Assembly: GCF_009914755.1 (NCBI RefSeq)
Contig: NC_060935.1
From: the human T2T-CHM13v2.0 reference genome, Homo sapiens
Length of the DNA: 64,000 nucleotides
Strand: one strand, 5' to 3'
Below, piece after piece: positions 14,900 through 28,022 of this stretch. The notes under the pieces were generated by a model. The model searched no databases, had not been told where the DNA came from, and was given only the letters and a program-made list of their open reading frames with translations. Positions within the stretch are counted from its first letter, which is position 1; each line of letters begins with the position of its first letter. The position numbers and the translations under genes were made by a program.

Positions 14900-17800
14900 A
14901 ATGATAGTCAATGTCTTAAGCCTGAATGATATCACTAGGAGAGATTGGTGTAGTCAAGACAAAATAGTACTGGAGGCCAAACATTGAGAAATACTACATT
15001 TTAGGAAAAGGAGAAGGAAAGGGAGTCATTTAAGAAGAAATGTACATATCCTTCAGAGAATTAGGAAGAGAACCAGAAGAATGTCTGTTATATATATATT
15101 TGTCTGCTAAAGATTATTTATTTTCTCCATGTCAAGGAATATAACCAACTAAATTTTAATTCTAAGCAACTCTGTGGGGCTTGGAATGTGATGGATGCTG
15201 AATTCATTAGTAACAACAAAAGGAAAGGAATCAAGAAATACATTCCTAAATGCTGTATGAGAAGGTGAGTGGAGGAAAAGACTCTGGCTGCCATATAGAA
15301 TGAGAAAGAAGCACTTCACGGTGATTTCTTCTAACAATTCTTGCTACTCAGGTCTTTGGAGTGAGGAAAACAAGTAAAAATTAAGGAAGTTGAGGAGAAG
15401 CTCTGAATACTTACATAGTCACAAGGATCACGACCAGCTCAATTAAGGAACACAAATGTTTTTAACCCTTCTTTTGTCTTCTGTTTCTTCTATAGAGTAT
15501 GGGGCTCTCCATCCCAAACATCTCATTTCTCAGCGTGCCAAGGAGTTGGGTTTGAGTTCTCCAGTTGCAGACCCCAAACGGCTTTTTCTTTTTCATTCAG
15601 AACCATACAGAAGATATTATACATCTGATGGCTGCCCTATGGCCTAGGATGACTTCCTCAGAGTTAGCGAAAGTGAAAATATCCCCTACCTTTGTGGAAT
15701 TTTAAATGGTCTCATAGTCCCCTGGAGCCTCATCTATGATCTATTCTGAGACAGGGAGCAGGAGCCCTCTGAGCACAGGGATCAATTAAATGGCAGATAT
15801 TGGAAGAGTTTAGGAGTTAGCAAACAGGATGCAGTAATCACGATACCCTTTAAAGGAACTGGGAATCAAAGAGCTGTGGATCCCTCCTGACCACCCTATT
15901 TTTCTGGTTTGGGTAGATATCTCATCAGTCTCTTTTGTTCTGTGCAGACTTCAGGGATTTGGCCTACCAAATCTGTCATTTTTCCAGTTTCTACCCATCC
16001 CTATACCTCTTATGGCTGTGGAAGAAATTATAACATAATGAATAGAATACTCACTTTGGAGCCAGAAGGTTCTGAGTGCGAAGAACAAGTTTGTTTCTCA
16101 TTAGCTATATGTCCTTGAGCAGGTACCTGGTGCTCTTTGAGCCTTCACTTTGTGTTGTGTAAAATGCAGTTATGATAGTATTTCACAGGGTGATTTTGAG
16201 TGTTTAGATAATGCTTGTAAACTTTCTGACATACTGTGTACCCATGAGATTTATATTTCTTGAAATTGGATAAACAAAGATTTCTCACCTCTTTAATTTC
16301 ATTGTTAGAATCCTTCCTTTTGCTTTTCCCCCCACTTGCTCTTTTCCTCTTTTCCTTCCCAATTTTAAGATGAGGGTTTTTTAAAAACAATGGTGGTTTT
16401 GTTTTGTTTGTTTTAACGATGAGTAATTAAAACCAAAAGATGGTGAGCAGAAAAAACTACCAAACCAAAACTAAAATAATGTTGCCAGATTTAGAAAAAG
16501 TATAAGAAATCTCAGAATCCTTTTCATGAAAGTAGCCTTTCTATGTGGAAATCTAAGTGGCATATAGTTTTCCAGATTCTCAAAATTCCGCTGGCCAACC
16601 CAACAAAAGGAAAGTGGAACTAACATTTAGAGAATGCCAACTTGTGACATATGCCTTAAAACTTATTTCATTTAATGATTACAACATACATATAGACTAG
16701 GTATTATCAGTTCATTCTACAAATGATGACATGGACTCGGAGTAGTTAAATTGCTTTCTCACAATTATACAACTATTAAGAACTAGAGGTAGGACTCAAG
16801 CCCCAGACTGAATCTAAAGCTCATAGACTTAATTATGTGACAGACCGAGGTAGATCCTGATAAATTAGAACCTGGTTTCTTGTTTTCTCTACAATTTTCC
16901 GAACCTCTGGATGAGCAATATATGTTCTTTACAAGCCCTCATAGATTTTTAGACACTTGAGCTGCATCCTGCCTATCCCCTTTGGCATTTGTCTAGGCTT
17001 TGGGTTTGTCAGGAGCATATTTGCTTGTAATCGATGAAAATTGTTACTTTTAAGCAATGGTCACTCTCATCCAAGAAATTTCTGACAAACTACTAAGTGA
17101 TTTGTGATCACAGACATTATTCCTGTCTGTAATTAATGTAGTTTGACATACTATGTAAAACACTTAGCACTGGTTTCAAATAGGAACTCAATATATAGTA
17201 CTATGCATATTTTTAAATTCACTCTATCTATCCATTCATTCATGATAAGTTTCTGCTGAGCCCAGGTTGTCTGTGATATCTTCAAACACTTAATTTCCAA
17301 GTTATCGGTGATCATATGAAAATTATACCTATTAATTATAATTGTTATCACCAATATGTAATAAATGCTTATAAGATTTGTGCACGTCTGAGCATTTGTT
17401 ATTTGAGCTTTTGAAATCTATTCTCCAGTATCTATAGTGGATTGCAATCACAAGACCTAAGCGTATATACAACCACTGGGATTTGTATGTATTTATTCAT
17501 TAAACAAATAACTTCATGACTTTTAAAAACTTACTTTCTTAAAGGTTTACAATTTTAAGAGCACATAAAGGGCTCAAGTATGATAAAAACGGCAGGAAGT
17601 TTTAGGTGAATTGCTATGGAAACATCAGAGGAGAGAGAACAAGCAGAACTGGACACTTAAAACTCCATGATGATAGAGAACATTGAAGAAAGAGAATAAC
17701 AGAAATGAGACAATGACCGAAACGACTTATTGAAAGCCTGTTCTGAACCAATGCTAAGCACTCTATGACAAACAGCCTTTTTATTTCAGGAAGGGAAATG

Positions 17801-18027
17801 GCTCTCAGAAGAACTGAAGAAAAATAAGTAGCAAACTATGATCAACATAATCAACACACACCGGCATAATTCAGGGCACATGTGTTACAGTGGTGGGCGC
17901 TAAAATAAATTGGATATTGTTCTCATAATATGCAGATTTCTATTTCCATTATAAGCAAATGTGCTTTTCATATTCTGAAGAAGATAGTTTCCTTAAAAGT
18001 CTACTTTTTAATTAATCATAATCAAAT

Positions 18028-18495
18028 GTATTAGGGTAAGATAAGGACCCAAAGAGCTGTTATAAACCATGGAGAAATTTGTTACTTTATCCTGTAAAAT
18101 TCTGTGATGATACAGTGGCTTGCTCTATGAGAGTCTCAGGGGCTCAGGATCTTTCTGTCTTGTTGCTTCTCCATTTTTAGGGGAAATGCTCCAGGCTTTA
18201 TGATCTAGTCTTTATGGTTCAAGCTGGTTCAGTTACCTGCATTCACACCAATGAGCAGGAAGAGGGTAAAGTGAATGGGAAGCCATCCTCTTTTCTTTGA
18301 AAGGGCATGACATGGTGTTGCACTTATTTCTTGTACCCTATGGGCCAGAGCTTAGTTACAAGGCCACACCAGCTTTAAGGGAGGCTGGGCAATGTTTTTA
18401 TTCTGAATGGTCATAGACATTGTGAAACTTGGGGTTCCTGTTAGTATAAAAAAGAAGGTGAGAATCAACCTTGAGGAATGCCTGGCAACACTAAG
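18028..18495. mobile_element. Degenerate MaLR LTR (MLT1-like)
   Basis: GGCCAGAGCTTAGTTACAAGGCCACACCAGCTTTAAGGGAGGCTGGG motif. Confidence 0.6.
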
Positions 18496-18909
18496 ACAGA
18501 CTTTTAAGTGAAGATATCTCATCTATATCGGTTTAATTGTGTATATTGTGCTAGGTTATGGGAATTTTCACATAGTTGTTTTTTCAACAACCAGCAACTT
18601 CTGTGTGTTTCCTGATTCAGTGCCCTCTAACCACGCTGCATGCCTGGTCTGTGGCAGACTTTTAGTGCTAAGCTCTAAGCCCAGCAGGATCAGATGATGA
18701 ACTCTGCCCACGTTTCCAGCTCCTCCCTTTTGTTGCTCAGATGTTTCGGCCAATGGAAAGAAGGCACAGTCACAAGGAACAATACCAGACATGATTTCTC
18801 TCCAGAGAAAAGGATAATTTCCTCTCATAATTAGTTCAGTACATGTAAAAAACATGGTTGTAGGGCCTAGTACTGATAAAATAGAATTTGTGCTTATATT
18901 ATGCTTTAC

Positions 18910-19043
18910 TATATATGCATATATTACATGCATGTAACTGTATATACATGCATGGGTGTACATATATACACATATATACATCTATGCATGCACATCCATG
19001 TATATAAATGTGTATGTGGGTGTATATATATAAAGTATATAAA

Positions 19044-19098
<55 letters not shown>
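18910..19098. repeat. Compound (TA/TG/CA)n microsatellite
   Basis: Degenerate RY tract ending in pure (TG)n(TA)n. Confidence 0.9.
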
Positions 19099-19103
<5 letters not shown>

Positions 19104-19859
19104 TTTTATAGCCACTAAGATTCATTAGATCTCACAAAAACAATCAGTGGAGGTTTGTCATTATCCCCGTTTCAGATGAGAGAACAAATAACTTGGGGAG
19201 AGTTATTTGTATATAACAAATATCTCACAAAAACAAGTATATAACCAGTATATAACAAGTATATCCACAAAAAATACATCACAGAGACCAAAATCAAGCT
19301 GTGTTTTCCGTATGTATCATGTATTCTTTATCCTATAGATTCTCAACAGCAATATGACACTTTAAGTCCCAGATTTAATAGGTTGTTTTGAAATAGAGAA
19401 GCCATGGGGACCTTGATCGCTTCTAATGTCCTTTAGCCAGGTAAATGAGCATAGACATTCTCAGTTACTTACATCGTTAACCCAAACATTTGGTTTCAGG
19501 ATCCCATAAGCGACCCATGACAGGAAGACTTGGGCTTCCCTGGCTAGAGCTTCTCTCATTAGAGCAGATGTGTGTGCCTTGCACTATCTCCTTATCTTTC
19601 CCCCTGCTGTAGGGGAGGGGCAACTTGGGGGAAAATGACTCACATTAGAGATAAGGTGTCAATGATATAATCTCCATAAAGCTTTGATTAACAGGGCCCA
19701 GGACACAGTAAGCCTTTGGCAATTAAGCTTTTACAAAAATATGCAGTTTTTAATGTCATTGTTGTTGTTCCTGTTGCAGCATTTTCCCTTGCCCTCTTTG
19801 CCTGTTCTCTGATTGTTCCTTAGCAAAGAGCAAAGAAAAAAACCAAACGTTCCAAAGTC

Positions 19860-20030
19860 GAAGACTTTTCCTTTGATACAAACAAGCGAAAGTTCGATTA
19901 TTTGTTCAATAATTTTCCGTTGATCCCTTAGTCTTGTAGTCGCTACTTTATAACCGGTCCCTAGAAGGGGGCGGTTCTTTCCGGAAATTATGACTGCAGC
20001 TGTTTTCACTCCGCTGTGACTCAGAGCGCT
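19860..20030 (+). promoter_or_regulatory. VWA5A: Probable VWA5A promoter
   Basis: Local CpG enrichment; TTTATAA 19947-19953, GC box GGGGGCGG 19967-19974, palindromic TTTCCGGAAA 19978-19987, AP-1 TGACTCA 20017-20023; followed by donor AAG|GTAGGG at 20050. Confidence 0.7.
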
Positions 20031-20050
20031 CCGGGCTGCAGGAGAGGAAG
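20005..20050 (+). other. VWA5A: Probable non-coding exon 1 (start approximate)
   Basis: Downstream of promoter motifs, ends at GGAAG|GTAGGG donor. Confidence 0.6.
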
Positions 20051-21133
20051 GTAGGGGACCAAGCTACCGGTGCAGGGCCTGGATCCAACCCCTGCTCTGG
20101 AAGACTGAGAGCTCCACATTCTAGCTCCCTTTCCCCAGTCCCCAAATTTGTAGGGGCTCCTTGAATTGCACGCCCCATGGGTGGAGGATTTCATCCTGAT
20201 GTATGATCCCCAGGAAGGTTCCTGCAAGTTTGGCAGTTTAGGGGAATCTTTTGGAGGTTGAAGGAGGGATTTAGCCATCTCCTAATCTCAAGGCCCTTCT
20301 TCCTACTTTCCTTCTCTTTTACTTTACTTTTTTTCCCGCTTTCTTTCTTTGATATAGACAATTGATGTTTTCTCAGTTTCAGGATAGTGTAAGCTGAGGA
20401 AATGAGGCTGTAAGCCTCATCTACTCCAATCAGTTGCAGCCCCTAAGCCCTTCTCTATAGAAATGTAAGAGACCGACGCAGTCTCTTCTGTAAATACGTG
20501 GACATTGGAAATCTAGGACTGAATGGAAAGGTTAAATCAATCTCTGATTTTATCCAAGCCCCACTTCTTACCCCAAATCTCCTCCTTGTCTGGTTCCGAG
20601 TTCTCCACTTCACCCCTGCCACAGGCCGCAGGGGTGTGTGTGGCCGGTGGTGCCACCCAGCTCCCCTCCCACCCTCCTAGCTGCTGAGCGGCTGGTGCTG
20701 GGACTCTGCATTCCTGAAGCAGCTACCTGGCTAGGCCGGAAGCCTTGTATTCTCCCAGCTGCCTCAGATTCATGGCTTTCAGCTTGGTGGCCAGTCTCTA
20801 CCTAAGCCTTGCAAGTTGCCTTTCTGAAGTGCCATCCTGAGAGACAGAACTAATTCTGACCCAAACTAATTTTGTTTGTACTGGGAAGAGTGGGGGCAAG
20901 GGTGCAGAATAGCAAGTTTTCCTCAACGGAGGATTTGTTCTGAGCTTAGAATCAGGAAGCGAAGGCTATTTCCTTGTAGGGGTGCCCTTTGCGTCTCTCT
21001 CTCTTTTACTCTAGCCACCTTGGTGAGTATTGCCCAGCCTGAGAGCTTCTCTTTCAGCTGTTTTACTCCTGTGTGAGTCTCCTGCTTTAGGCTCTCTGCT
21101 TAATGTGTTATTAGAAATTCTTCCCTCCCCCAG

Positions 21134-21248
21134 CCCAGCCTGTTCTACCAGAGAACTTGCCCAGGTCAGAGGTCTGCGTAGAAGCCCTTTTCTGAGCATC
21201 CTCTCCTCTCCTCACACCTGCCACTGTCCTCTGCGTTGCTGTCGAATT
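21134..21248 (+). other. VWA5A: Probable non-coding exon 2
   Basis: Pyrimidine tract TTCTTCCCTCCCCCAG acceptor; ATT|GTGAGT donor; no ATG inside. Confidence 0.6.
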
Positions 21249-22079
21249 GTGAGTCATTTTGCCACACTCAGTTTTTATCCAATTTCTCAAAATAAAAACA
21301 GATATGGAATGAAAAGCCTGATTTATTGGTGCTGTTTAGTGGGGGTGCAAATGTAGGCTATGTGCCTATATAATATTTAAATATATTAGAATATCTTGGA
21401 TGGATACAAACAAATATACTCGTATCTTTTAATTTTGGGTCCCAAAAGAAAAGCCACAAGGTAAATGGCCTGTGGCAGGAGTCCATCTTGAATCACACAG
21501 CTTCTCACATGCAGCGCGTCTCTGAATGCCATGATCCAAAGTGAATGGTGGCAGAGGTTTATTGATTAACAGTAACAACAATAATAGGGACAATAGTGAT
21601 GTCTGTCATCATTGATTAAATGCCTCCTATGGCCCATGTGCTATTGTAGGGACTTCACATGTATTAATTCACATACGATGTGTGGATATTATACTACTCA
21701 TTTTGGAAAGAAAATACTGAGGCTCAGAGGGATTAGTGACACCTACTCCATATGCCCAAGGAGTGGTGAATTAAATACACTTTTGAGAAAGTGGAATTGG
21801 TATTTGAACCAGCCTCAGGGTGTTTCAGAGATTTCCTGTTTAGTAGATACCAGTGAATCTTACACCTTCCCCACCTGGGACTGCCATTTAAAAGGACCCT
21901 TATGACTGAAATCTTTGTCTCCTTTTTTTTAAAGGTTCCAACTTCCTAACTCCAACATTAACCCTTTGAATGTATTCTTATGCCAGAGAAAGGCACATAA
22001 AGTACTGGTGTTTGAACAGATAACTTCCAACATGTCCTCTGTTTGTGATATGTCTTTTCTGCAGAAATCTTGCATCACC

Positions 22080-22122
22080 ATGGTGCACTTCTGTGGCCTA
22101 CTCACCCTCCACCGGGAGCCAG
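22080..22122 (+). CDS. VWA5A: VWA5A coding exon 1 (exon begins 22065; MVHFCGLLTLHREP)
   Basis: TTTTCTGCAG acceptor, Kozak ACCATGG, CAG|GTAAGC donor. Confidence 0.93.
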
Positions 22123-22240
22123 GTAAGCCTAATTTGTGACTCTTACTTGCCATTGAATCTTTGGCACCTATCACAAGGCTTGATCTACAAGGAGGCAATC
22201 TATTGAAGCTTGATGAACTTGAACTCTGGTCTATCTCCAG

Positions 22241-22443
22241 TGCCGCTGAAGAGTATCTCTGTGAGCGTGAACATTTACGAGTTTGTGGCTGGTGTGTCTG
22301 CAACTTTGAACTACGAGAATGAGGAGAAAGTTCCTTTGGAGGCCTTCTTTGTGTTCCCCATGGATGAAGACTCTGCTGTTTACAGCTTTGAGGCCTTGGT
22401 GGATGGGAAGAAAATTGTAGCAGAATTACAAGACAAGATGAAG
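22241..22443 (+). CDS. VWA5A: VWA5A coding exon 2 (VIT domain)
   Basis: VPLKSISVSV...AELQDKMK; CCAG acceptor, AAG|GTAGTA donor. Confidence 0.95.
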
Positions 22444-22756
22444 GTAGTAGAGATTACCTCCTCCCTTCTTATTACATTACCTCCTCCCTTCTTATTTCCT
22501 TAATGCATACTCTTTATGATCTCTACTAAATGTACCTTCACAAAACATGCTGATGTTGAAAGCTCTTTCTTCCACTCTTTTCTAACTGCCATTTTTCTAA
22601 AATCATTTGGGGAAAGAAATCAATCAGAGGCATTCAGAGTATAGCTGTGATTAGACAAGACCAATCACACAGTCGCTCTGCACTGCTCGTCTCTTTTTCA
22701 GCCATGTCACCTTGGATGTTCCCTTTCTTTCCCATCCCTCGCCCTGTGCTTCTCAG

Positions 22757-22979
22757 GCCCGCACCAACTATGAGAAAGCCATCTCCCAGGGCCACCAGGC
22801 CTTCTTATTGGAGGGGGACAGCAGCTCCAGGGATGTCTTCTCTTGCAATGTGGGTAACCTCCAACCTGGGTCGAAGGCGGCAGTCACCCTGAAGTATGTG
22901 CAGGAGCTGCCTCTGGAAGCAGATGGGGCTCTGCGCTTTGTGCTCCCAGCTGTCCTGAATCCTAGATACCAGTTCTCTG
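22757..22979 (+). CDS. VWA5A: VWA5A coding exon 3 (VIT domain)
   Basis: ARTNYEKAI...NPRYQFS; CTG|GTGAGT donor. Confidence 0.95.
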
Positions 22980-23100
22980 GTGAGTACCTCTCCCCTTTGA
23001 ATTCTAGTGGTGGGTGACATAAATGGGGAAATTTTCTTAAGGTTGAGAGTGTCATAAAAAGTGTTGGCAAGGAAAACAGAACTAAGGTCATCTTTTATAG

Positions 23101-23276
23101 GGTCGTCTAAGGACAGTTGCCTTAATGTGAAGACTCCTATAGTCCCTGTGGAGGACCTGCCCTACACACTCAGCATGGTCGCCACCATAGATTCCCAGCA
23201 TGGCATTGAGAAGGTCCAATCCAACTGCCCCTTGAGTCCTACCGAGTACCTAGGAGAGGACAAGACTTCTGCTCAG
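23101..23276 (+). CDS. VWA5A: VWA5A coding exon 4
   Basis: GSSKDSCL...DKTSAQ; TTTTATAG acceptor, CAG|GTAGTT donor. Confidence 0.93.
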
Positions 23277-23542
23277 GTAGTTAATGAGAGAATACTGCTA
23301 TTGTCAGTACCTCTGTTGCTTGAGTCTTGACTTGGTCCCCAACCAGTTCTTCCCAAGTGGTAACCCAGAGGGGGTCCCACATGCTCCTTGCATATCGTCA
23401 TTTAATCTCCAGAGCCTTCTCTCCAGCCTCACCTCTGTTCCTAGTCATGCTGTCTTATGGAGGAGGACTGCGCCCTAACCTCAGCCCCAAGAAGCAAGAA
23501 GTTATGATTCTAATGTGGCTCCTTTACCTGTCCTCCACTCAG

Positions 23543-23657
23543 GTTTCCCTGGCTGCTGGACACAAGTTTGATCGGGACGTGGAACTCCTGATTTACTACA
23601 ATGAGGTGCATACCCCCAGCGTGGTTTTGGAGATGGGGATGCCTAACATGAAGCCAG
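23543..23657 (+). CDS. VWA5A: VWA5A coding exon 5
   Basis: VSLAAGHKFDRDVELL...MPNMKP; CAG|GTATTT donor. Confidence 0.93.
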
Positions 23658-25941
23658 GTATTTTCTTTCTTCCTTTGTAGTCATCCCCTAAGGGGCAACT
23701 CCCTGTCTTGGAATTACTGTCGAATTACTCTCTTTTCTTTCCTTCCCTCCAGGGGTGGTTAATACATGTGAAACACTGAAATAGTTTACACTATGTCATG
23801 CAAAAATGGTTAGGTTTAATGACTGTCATGTGATATGTCTTGTAGGCAAATTTAAGTAGATCAGTAGATAATTGGGCAAAAGCCAGGAACAGATAATTTA
23901 CAAGAGCAAACATGGCCAGTTTATAAACATGTGGCAATGATCAGTCTTGACAGACATCCAAATAATCATGTGACATTTTCACCTTTCAAATTATCAACGA
24001 TTTCCAAATCTGATGCCTCATGCTTTAAAAGGTTTTCTTAAGGTTGTGAGTGTGCTAAAAAGTGAACTAACCTTTCGAGGATAAATTTGGCCATATGTGT
24101 TAAATCAATGTTAACTTTGGTAATTTCACTTTTAGAAATCTTGCCTAAGGAAGTAAATCCATATATAAGTAAAAATATGCACTGAGATGTCCCCCACCAT
24201 TTTAATAATATCGAGTATTAGTAAGCAATCAAAATGTCTCTTATTGGCTAAATTTGCTATGCTAGGTATACTTCATGAGTTAATATGCAGCTACTAAAAT
24301 AGTGTATATTGACAGATTGAAGTAATTGGACAAATGACCTCCAAAGAATGTTACGTAAAAGAAAAGTAAGTTATAGACAGATTACCACTATAAAATACTC
24401 TGTGCTTTAGGAAAAACATTTTAAAACACAGGAAGAATGCAAGTAGTCATTGTGATTAGATTGACTAAGTTTAATTCTTAATTAAGAAAGTTCTTAATTT
24501 CTTTTTTATCTAATACATAATTTCTATTGATTGATTCATCACAGCTACATGCAGTCTCAACTGAAGTTTTTTTCTCTTTTCGAGATATAATATATGTAAC
24601 AAAATTGACCATTTTAACTGTTTTTAAGTGTACAGTTCTGTGGTCTTCAGGACATTCACCTTGTACAACCATCACCACCCTTCATCTCCAAAACTTTTTT
24701 GTTTTGCCCTAGCTTCTTAATTTCTAAGACTAAGTTTAGCTTCTTAATAACTTTAGTTTCTTAGTTTCTTTTAATGTTTATTACTTTTGAAATTTTCCTT
24801 AATGTACATGCACTCTTTCTTGGAATTTAAATTGGTGTAACCCATGTCAGTTTGCTGTGTTCTTGGGGCCTTCCTGGGCTGCCATGCTTCTGAGTTTCGG
24901 TGACACAGGACTGGAGTGCTATTGCCACTTCTGAAGCATTTACACATGGTGGAATGGACATGTCCTTGGTGACAATCATATTCAAAGTGGGACGGCTTGG
25001 CTTAGGCTCTTGTTTTTACAATTATAGCTGTTGTCAAGAAAATTCCCTGTAGTTGTTTTTCTACAGAGTACCCTACTCTCTCATTGTTAATGTTTGCTTC
25101 CAAAGTAGCTTCATACTTGAGCTCACAAATTGAACTTTTTAGTTTTCCCTCACTTGTTCAACCACTCTTCCTCAGGGCAAGCTCTCCATGCTAAGGTCAT
25201 TCAAGGGGCTCCCAGCTTCCACCAGATTTGCTGTAACCATCTCCTCTTCCACGAAGCTCCATGCTCTGTCTTTGTACGTTAGTTATCTGCTTTTTCCTTT
25301 CCTTATGGTGACTATTTCCTTGGGTGTCCATGAAATATTCCCATAACAGTGACCTACGTGTCAGTTAAGATTATTTCAAAGGACTGTTTTCACCAGAGAA
25401 AGTTCCATAATGTTGGATCTCAAAAGGTAAGGATTGAGATCTCAGTCCCTGTTTTTCTAAGAAGTTCCCCTGGCCCCTATGCAGATTTTCTCATCTAGTC
25501 CCCATGACCAGGTCTGAAGGCCAAGGGGGGACATCAGGGACAGTCTTTACAGTCTTGTGAATCCCTTCCAGCAGGACTGCTCAAGTCTTGCTTCCCAGGT
25601 CGTATATTTAGTCAAGATGACTTGCTGTTCTCATCCACACAAGGAAGCGAATGACAGCTTTAAGCGGCAGCTTGTCTCACTGAAACCATTCAGAGTTCTG
25701 CCAAATGAAACCTACAGATATATGACAAAAACACAGTATGTTATTTGTTTTACAGACTTAGAACAGATGTACTTACGATATTAAGAACATGTTTTTCTAA
25801 AATTAAATTTATAATTTAATTTAAAAATTGTATAAAAATAAAATTTACAAATAATTTTATAATATTGGTTATTATGGGTTTAATCTGAGTTGAGCCCTAA
25901 ACTGAGTTCCTTAAGTACATTATATTACTTAACTCTTACAA

Positions 25942-26162
25942 TCAAGCTTGTTCAACTCATGGTCTGTGGGCTGCATGTGGCCCAGGACAGCTTTGAATGC
26001 AGACCAACACAAATTTGTAAACTTTCTTAAAACATTATGAAATTATTTTGTGATTTTTTTTTTAGCTCATCAGCTATTGTTAGTGTTAATGTATTTTATG
26101 TGTGGCCCAAGACAATTCTTCTTCTTATATGACCCTGGGAAGCCAAAAGATTGGATACCCCG
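25942..26162. mobile_element. MER30-like hAT-Charlie element
   Basis: GGCCCAGGACAGCTTTGAATGC...AGCTCATCAGCTATTGTTAGTG...GGAAGCCAAAAGATTGGA. Confidence 0.75.
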
Positions 26163-27527
26163 GCTTAAAATAATCTTGACGTAGGTGTTACTACCTTGAC
26201 TTTTCAGAGGAAGACATGAGGCTAGCAAGCAGAGGAGCTAAAGTTTGAAATGCCTCATTTGAAAACAAAGAAGCTGAGACTCATGGAGGTGAAAATAATT
26301 TGAGCCAGGCTAAAATTATAGTAGATAATCCACATATAACGCTTACAATTCATCTGGCATTGTTGTAAACAGGTTAAATATGTTACCCCATATCATACTC
26401 ATGCCACCCTTTCTGACTCCTCAATATAGCACCAGCTCCATTTAAACCAGCTGTCTCTGAGAATGGAAAGGAATCTTGCTCATCACAAAAGCTCCTCCTC
26501 CATCGTATATCCAGACATCTGGATTGTGTAAATGTTATTTTTTGAACTAGTGTCCTATCATATATTTGATGGGCAACACCCATCTTATTTAGAAGCCAGT
26601 TTGGTGTCTGGCATATCCTATGGAGAAGAAATTAAACTGAGCCAGATTCTATTGTCATACCAAATCCCAGGACTACTGAGAATATAAATCTATGATCCTG
26701 GAACTGCTTCTTAAAAATGGGATAAAGGAATTTAATTATATAGCCTCTTATATTTTCTGTAAAGCTGGAGTTAACCTAGCCATTCTCATTGCATCTCTAT
26801 CTCAATACTAGCATTTCAATTCCTGTATCAGCCCTCACTTGCTTCTAAAAATAGTCACAGCTGTGGCTTTGACAACATGGCCAGATAGACTGGGCTCCTG
26901 TGGTCACCCCCACACCATTGTTTGGATGATGATAATAGAATCCAACATGTGTCTCAGTGTTTCCCTTTCTTCTGGGGACTATCAGCGAGTTATTCACACC
27001 CAAAGCAGACAGACTTACCTTGGTGGGTATAATACTTATACTCTCAACACTTGTAAATTGTCAACCTAAAAATTGTCCATGTGAGTATCACTTTTTTCAA
27101 AGCTGTAATTAAAGACTTAAGGCCCATGTGATACATTTCCCATTTATTTGATTTGAAGAAAAGGTTTGATTCTGCAGATAAACTTGTCTGATTCTTTTGG
27201 CAAATGCTGGAACATTTTAACCTAATGTATTTCATTCATTTGCCTAGCTGCCAGGAAACTAGTAATCAGTGACAATGTTTTAACTATTGCTTGTGTCTAC
27301 TAACTTCTATCCTCTTTCTTCTCTTTCATATCTGTTCTGTTTTTGTCTGTCTTATATATTTATAACTCACCTTGACCCCATTGCAAGCAGTTATGGTACA
27401 TGAATCATCACAGTGTTTTAGATTTGAGTTTTCCTAGCTCTTAATTGAATTCACTACCATTGATTCTTAGGTACTAGGATTCTTGAGTTCCTTTTTGTCT
27501 TACAGTGGCTTTATCCTTTCTGAACAG

Positions 27528-27697
27528 GTCATTTGATGGGAGATCCATCTGCAATGGTGAGTTTCTATCCAAATATCCCAGAAGATCAACCATCAAATAC
27601 CTGTGGAGAGTTTATCTTTCTCATGGACCGCTCGGGAAGTATGCAGAGCCCCATGAGTAGCCAGGATACATCTCAGCTGCGAATACAGGCAGCCAAG
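27528..27697 (+). CDS. VWA5A: VWA5A coding exon 6 (vWA start, MIDAS DRSGS)
   Basis: GHLMGDPSAMVSFYP...EFIFLMDRSGSM...IQAAK; AAG|GTAAAG donor. Confidence 0.95.
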
Positions 27698-27933
27698 GTA
27701 AAGCTAGTTTCTTTCCTCTTCTGGGTCACATGCTCAAGTGAGGATGAATCTGAGGGGTTAAATAAGGGTCTATCTGGAGCCTGAGAGAGCAGCACGACCA
27801 CCCTGAGGCTAGCCTTGGAATGTAAGAAGGCACAAGGTGGGGGATGGCCCACATCCTCAAGAGTCGATTGACAGGGCCCATGTGTTTTGGCGAGCCTCTC
27901 TCACTCTGTCTCTTCATACTCTCTTACCTTCAG

Positions 27934-28022
27934 GAAACACTGATTTTGCTGCTGAAGAGTTTACCTATAGGCTGTTATTTCAACATCTATGGATTTGGCT
28001 CTTCCTATGAGGCATGCTTTCC
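27934..28022 (+). CDS. VWA5A: VWA5A coding exon 7
   Basis: ETLILLLKSLPIGCYFNIYGFGS...; TCC|GTAAGT donor. Confidence 0.95.

Noticed and set aside
14714-14987. Mirror-image ORFs on both strands with repeated MGSP/MGLP peptides; superficially array-like
   Set aside because: Artefact of the inverted and direct repeat; only three copies, no regular spacers, no cas genes, so not CRISPR
18568-19128. ORFs rich in Y/I/H/V/C
   Set aside because: Translations of dinucleotide repeats
21009-21028. CTCF-like GCCACCTTGGTG
   Set aside because: Several mismatches to the core consensus; cannot be supported without ChIP data
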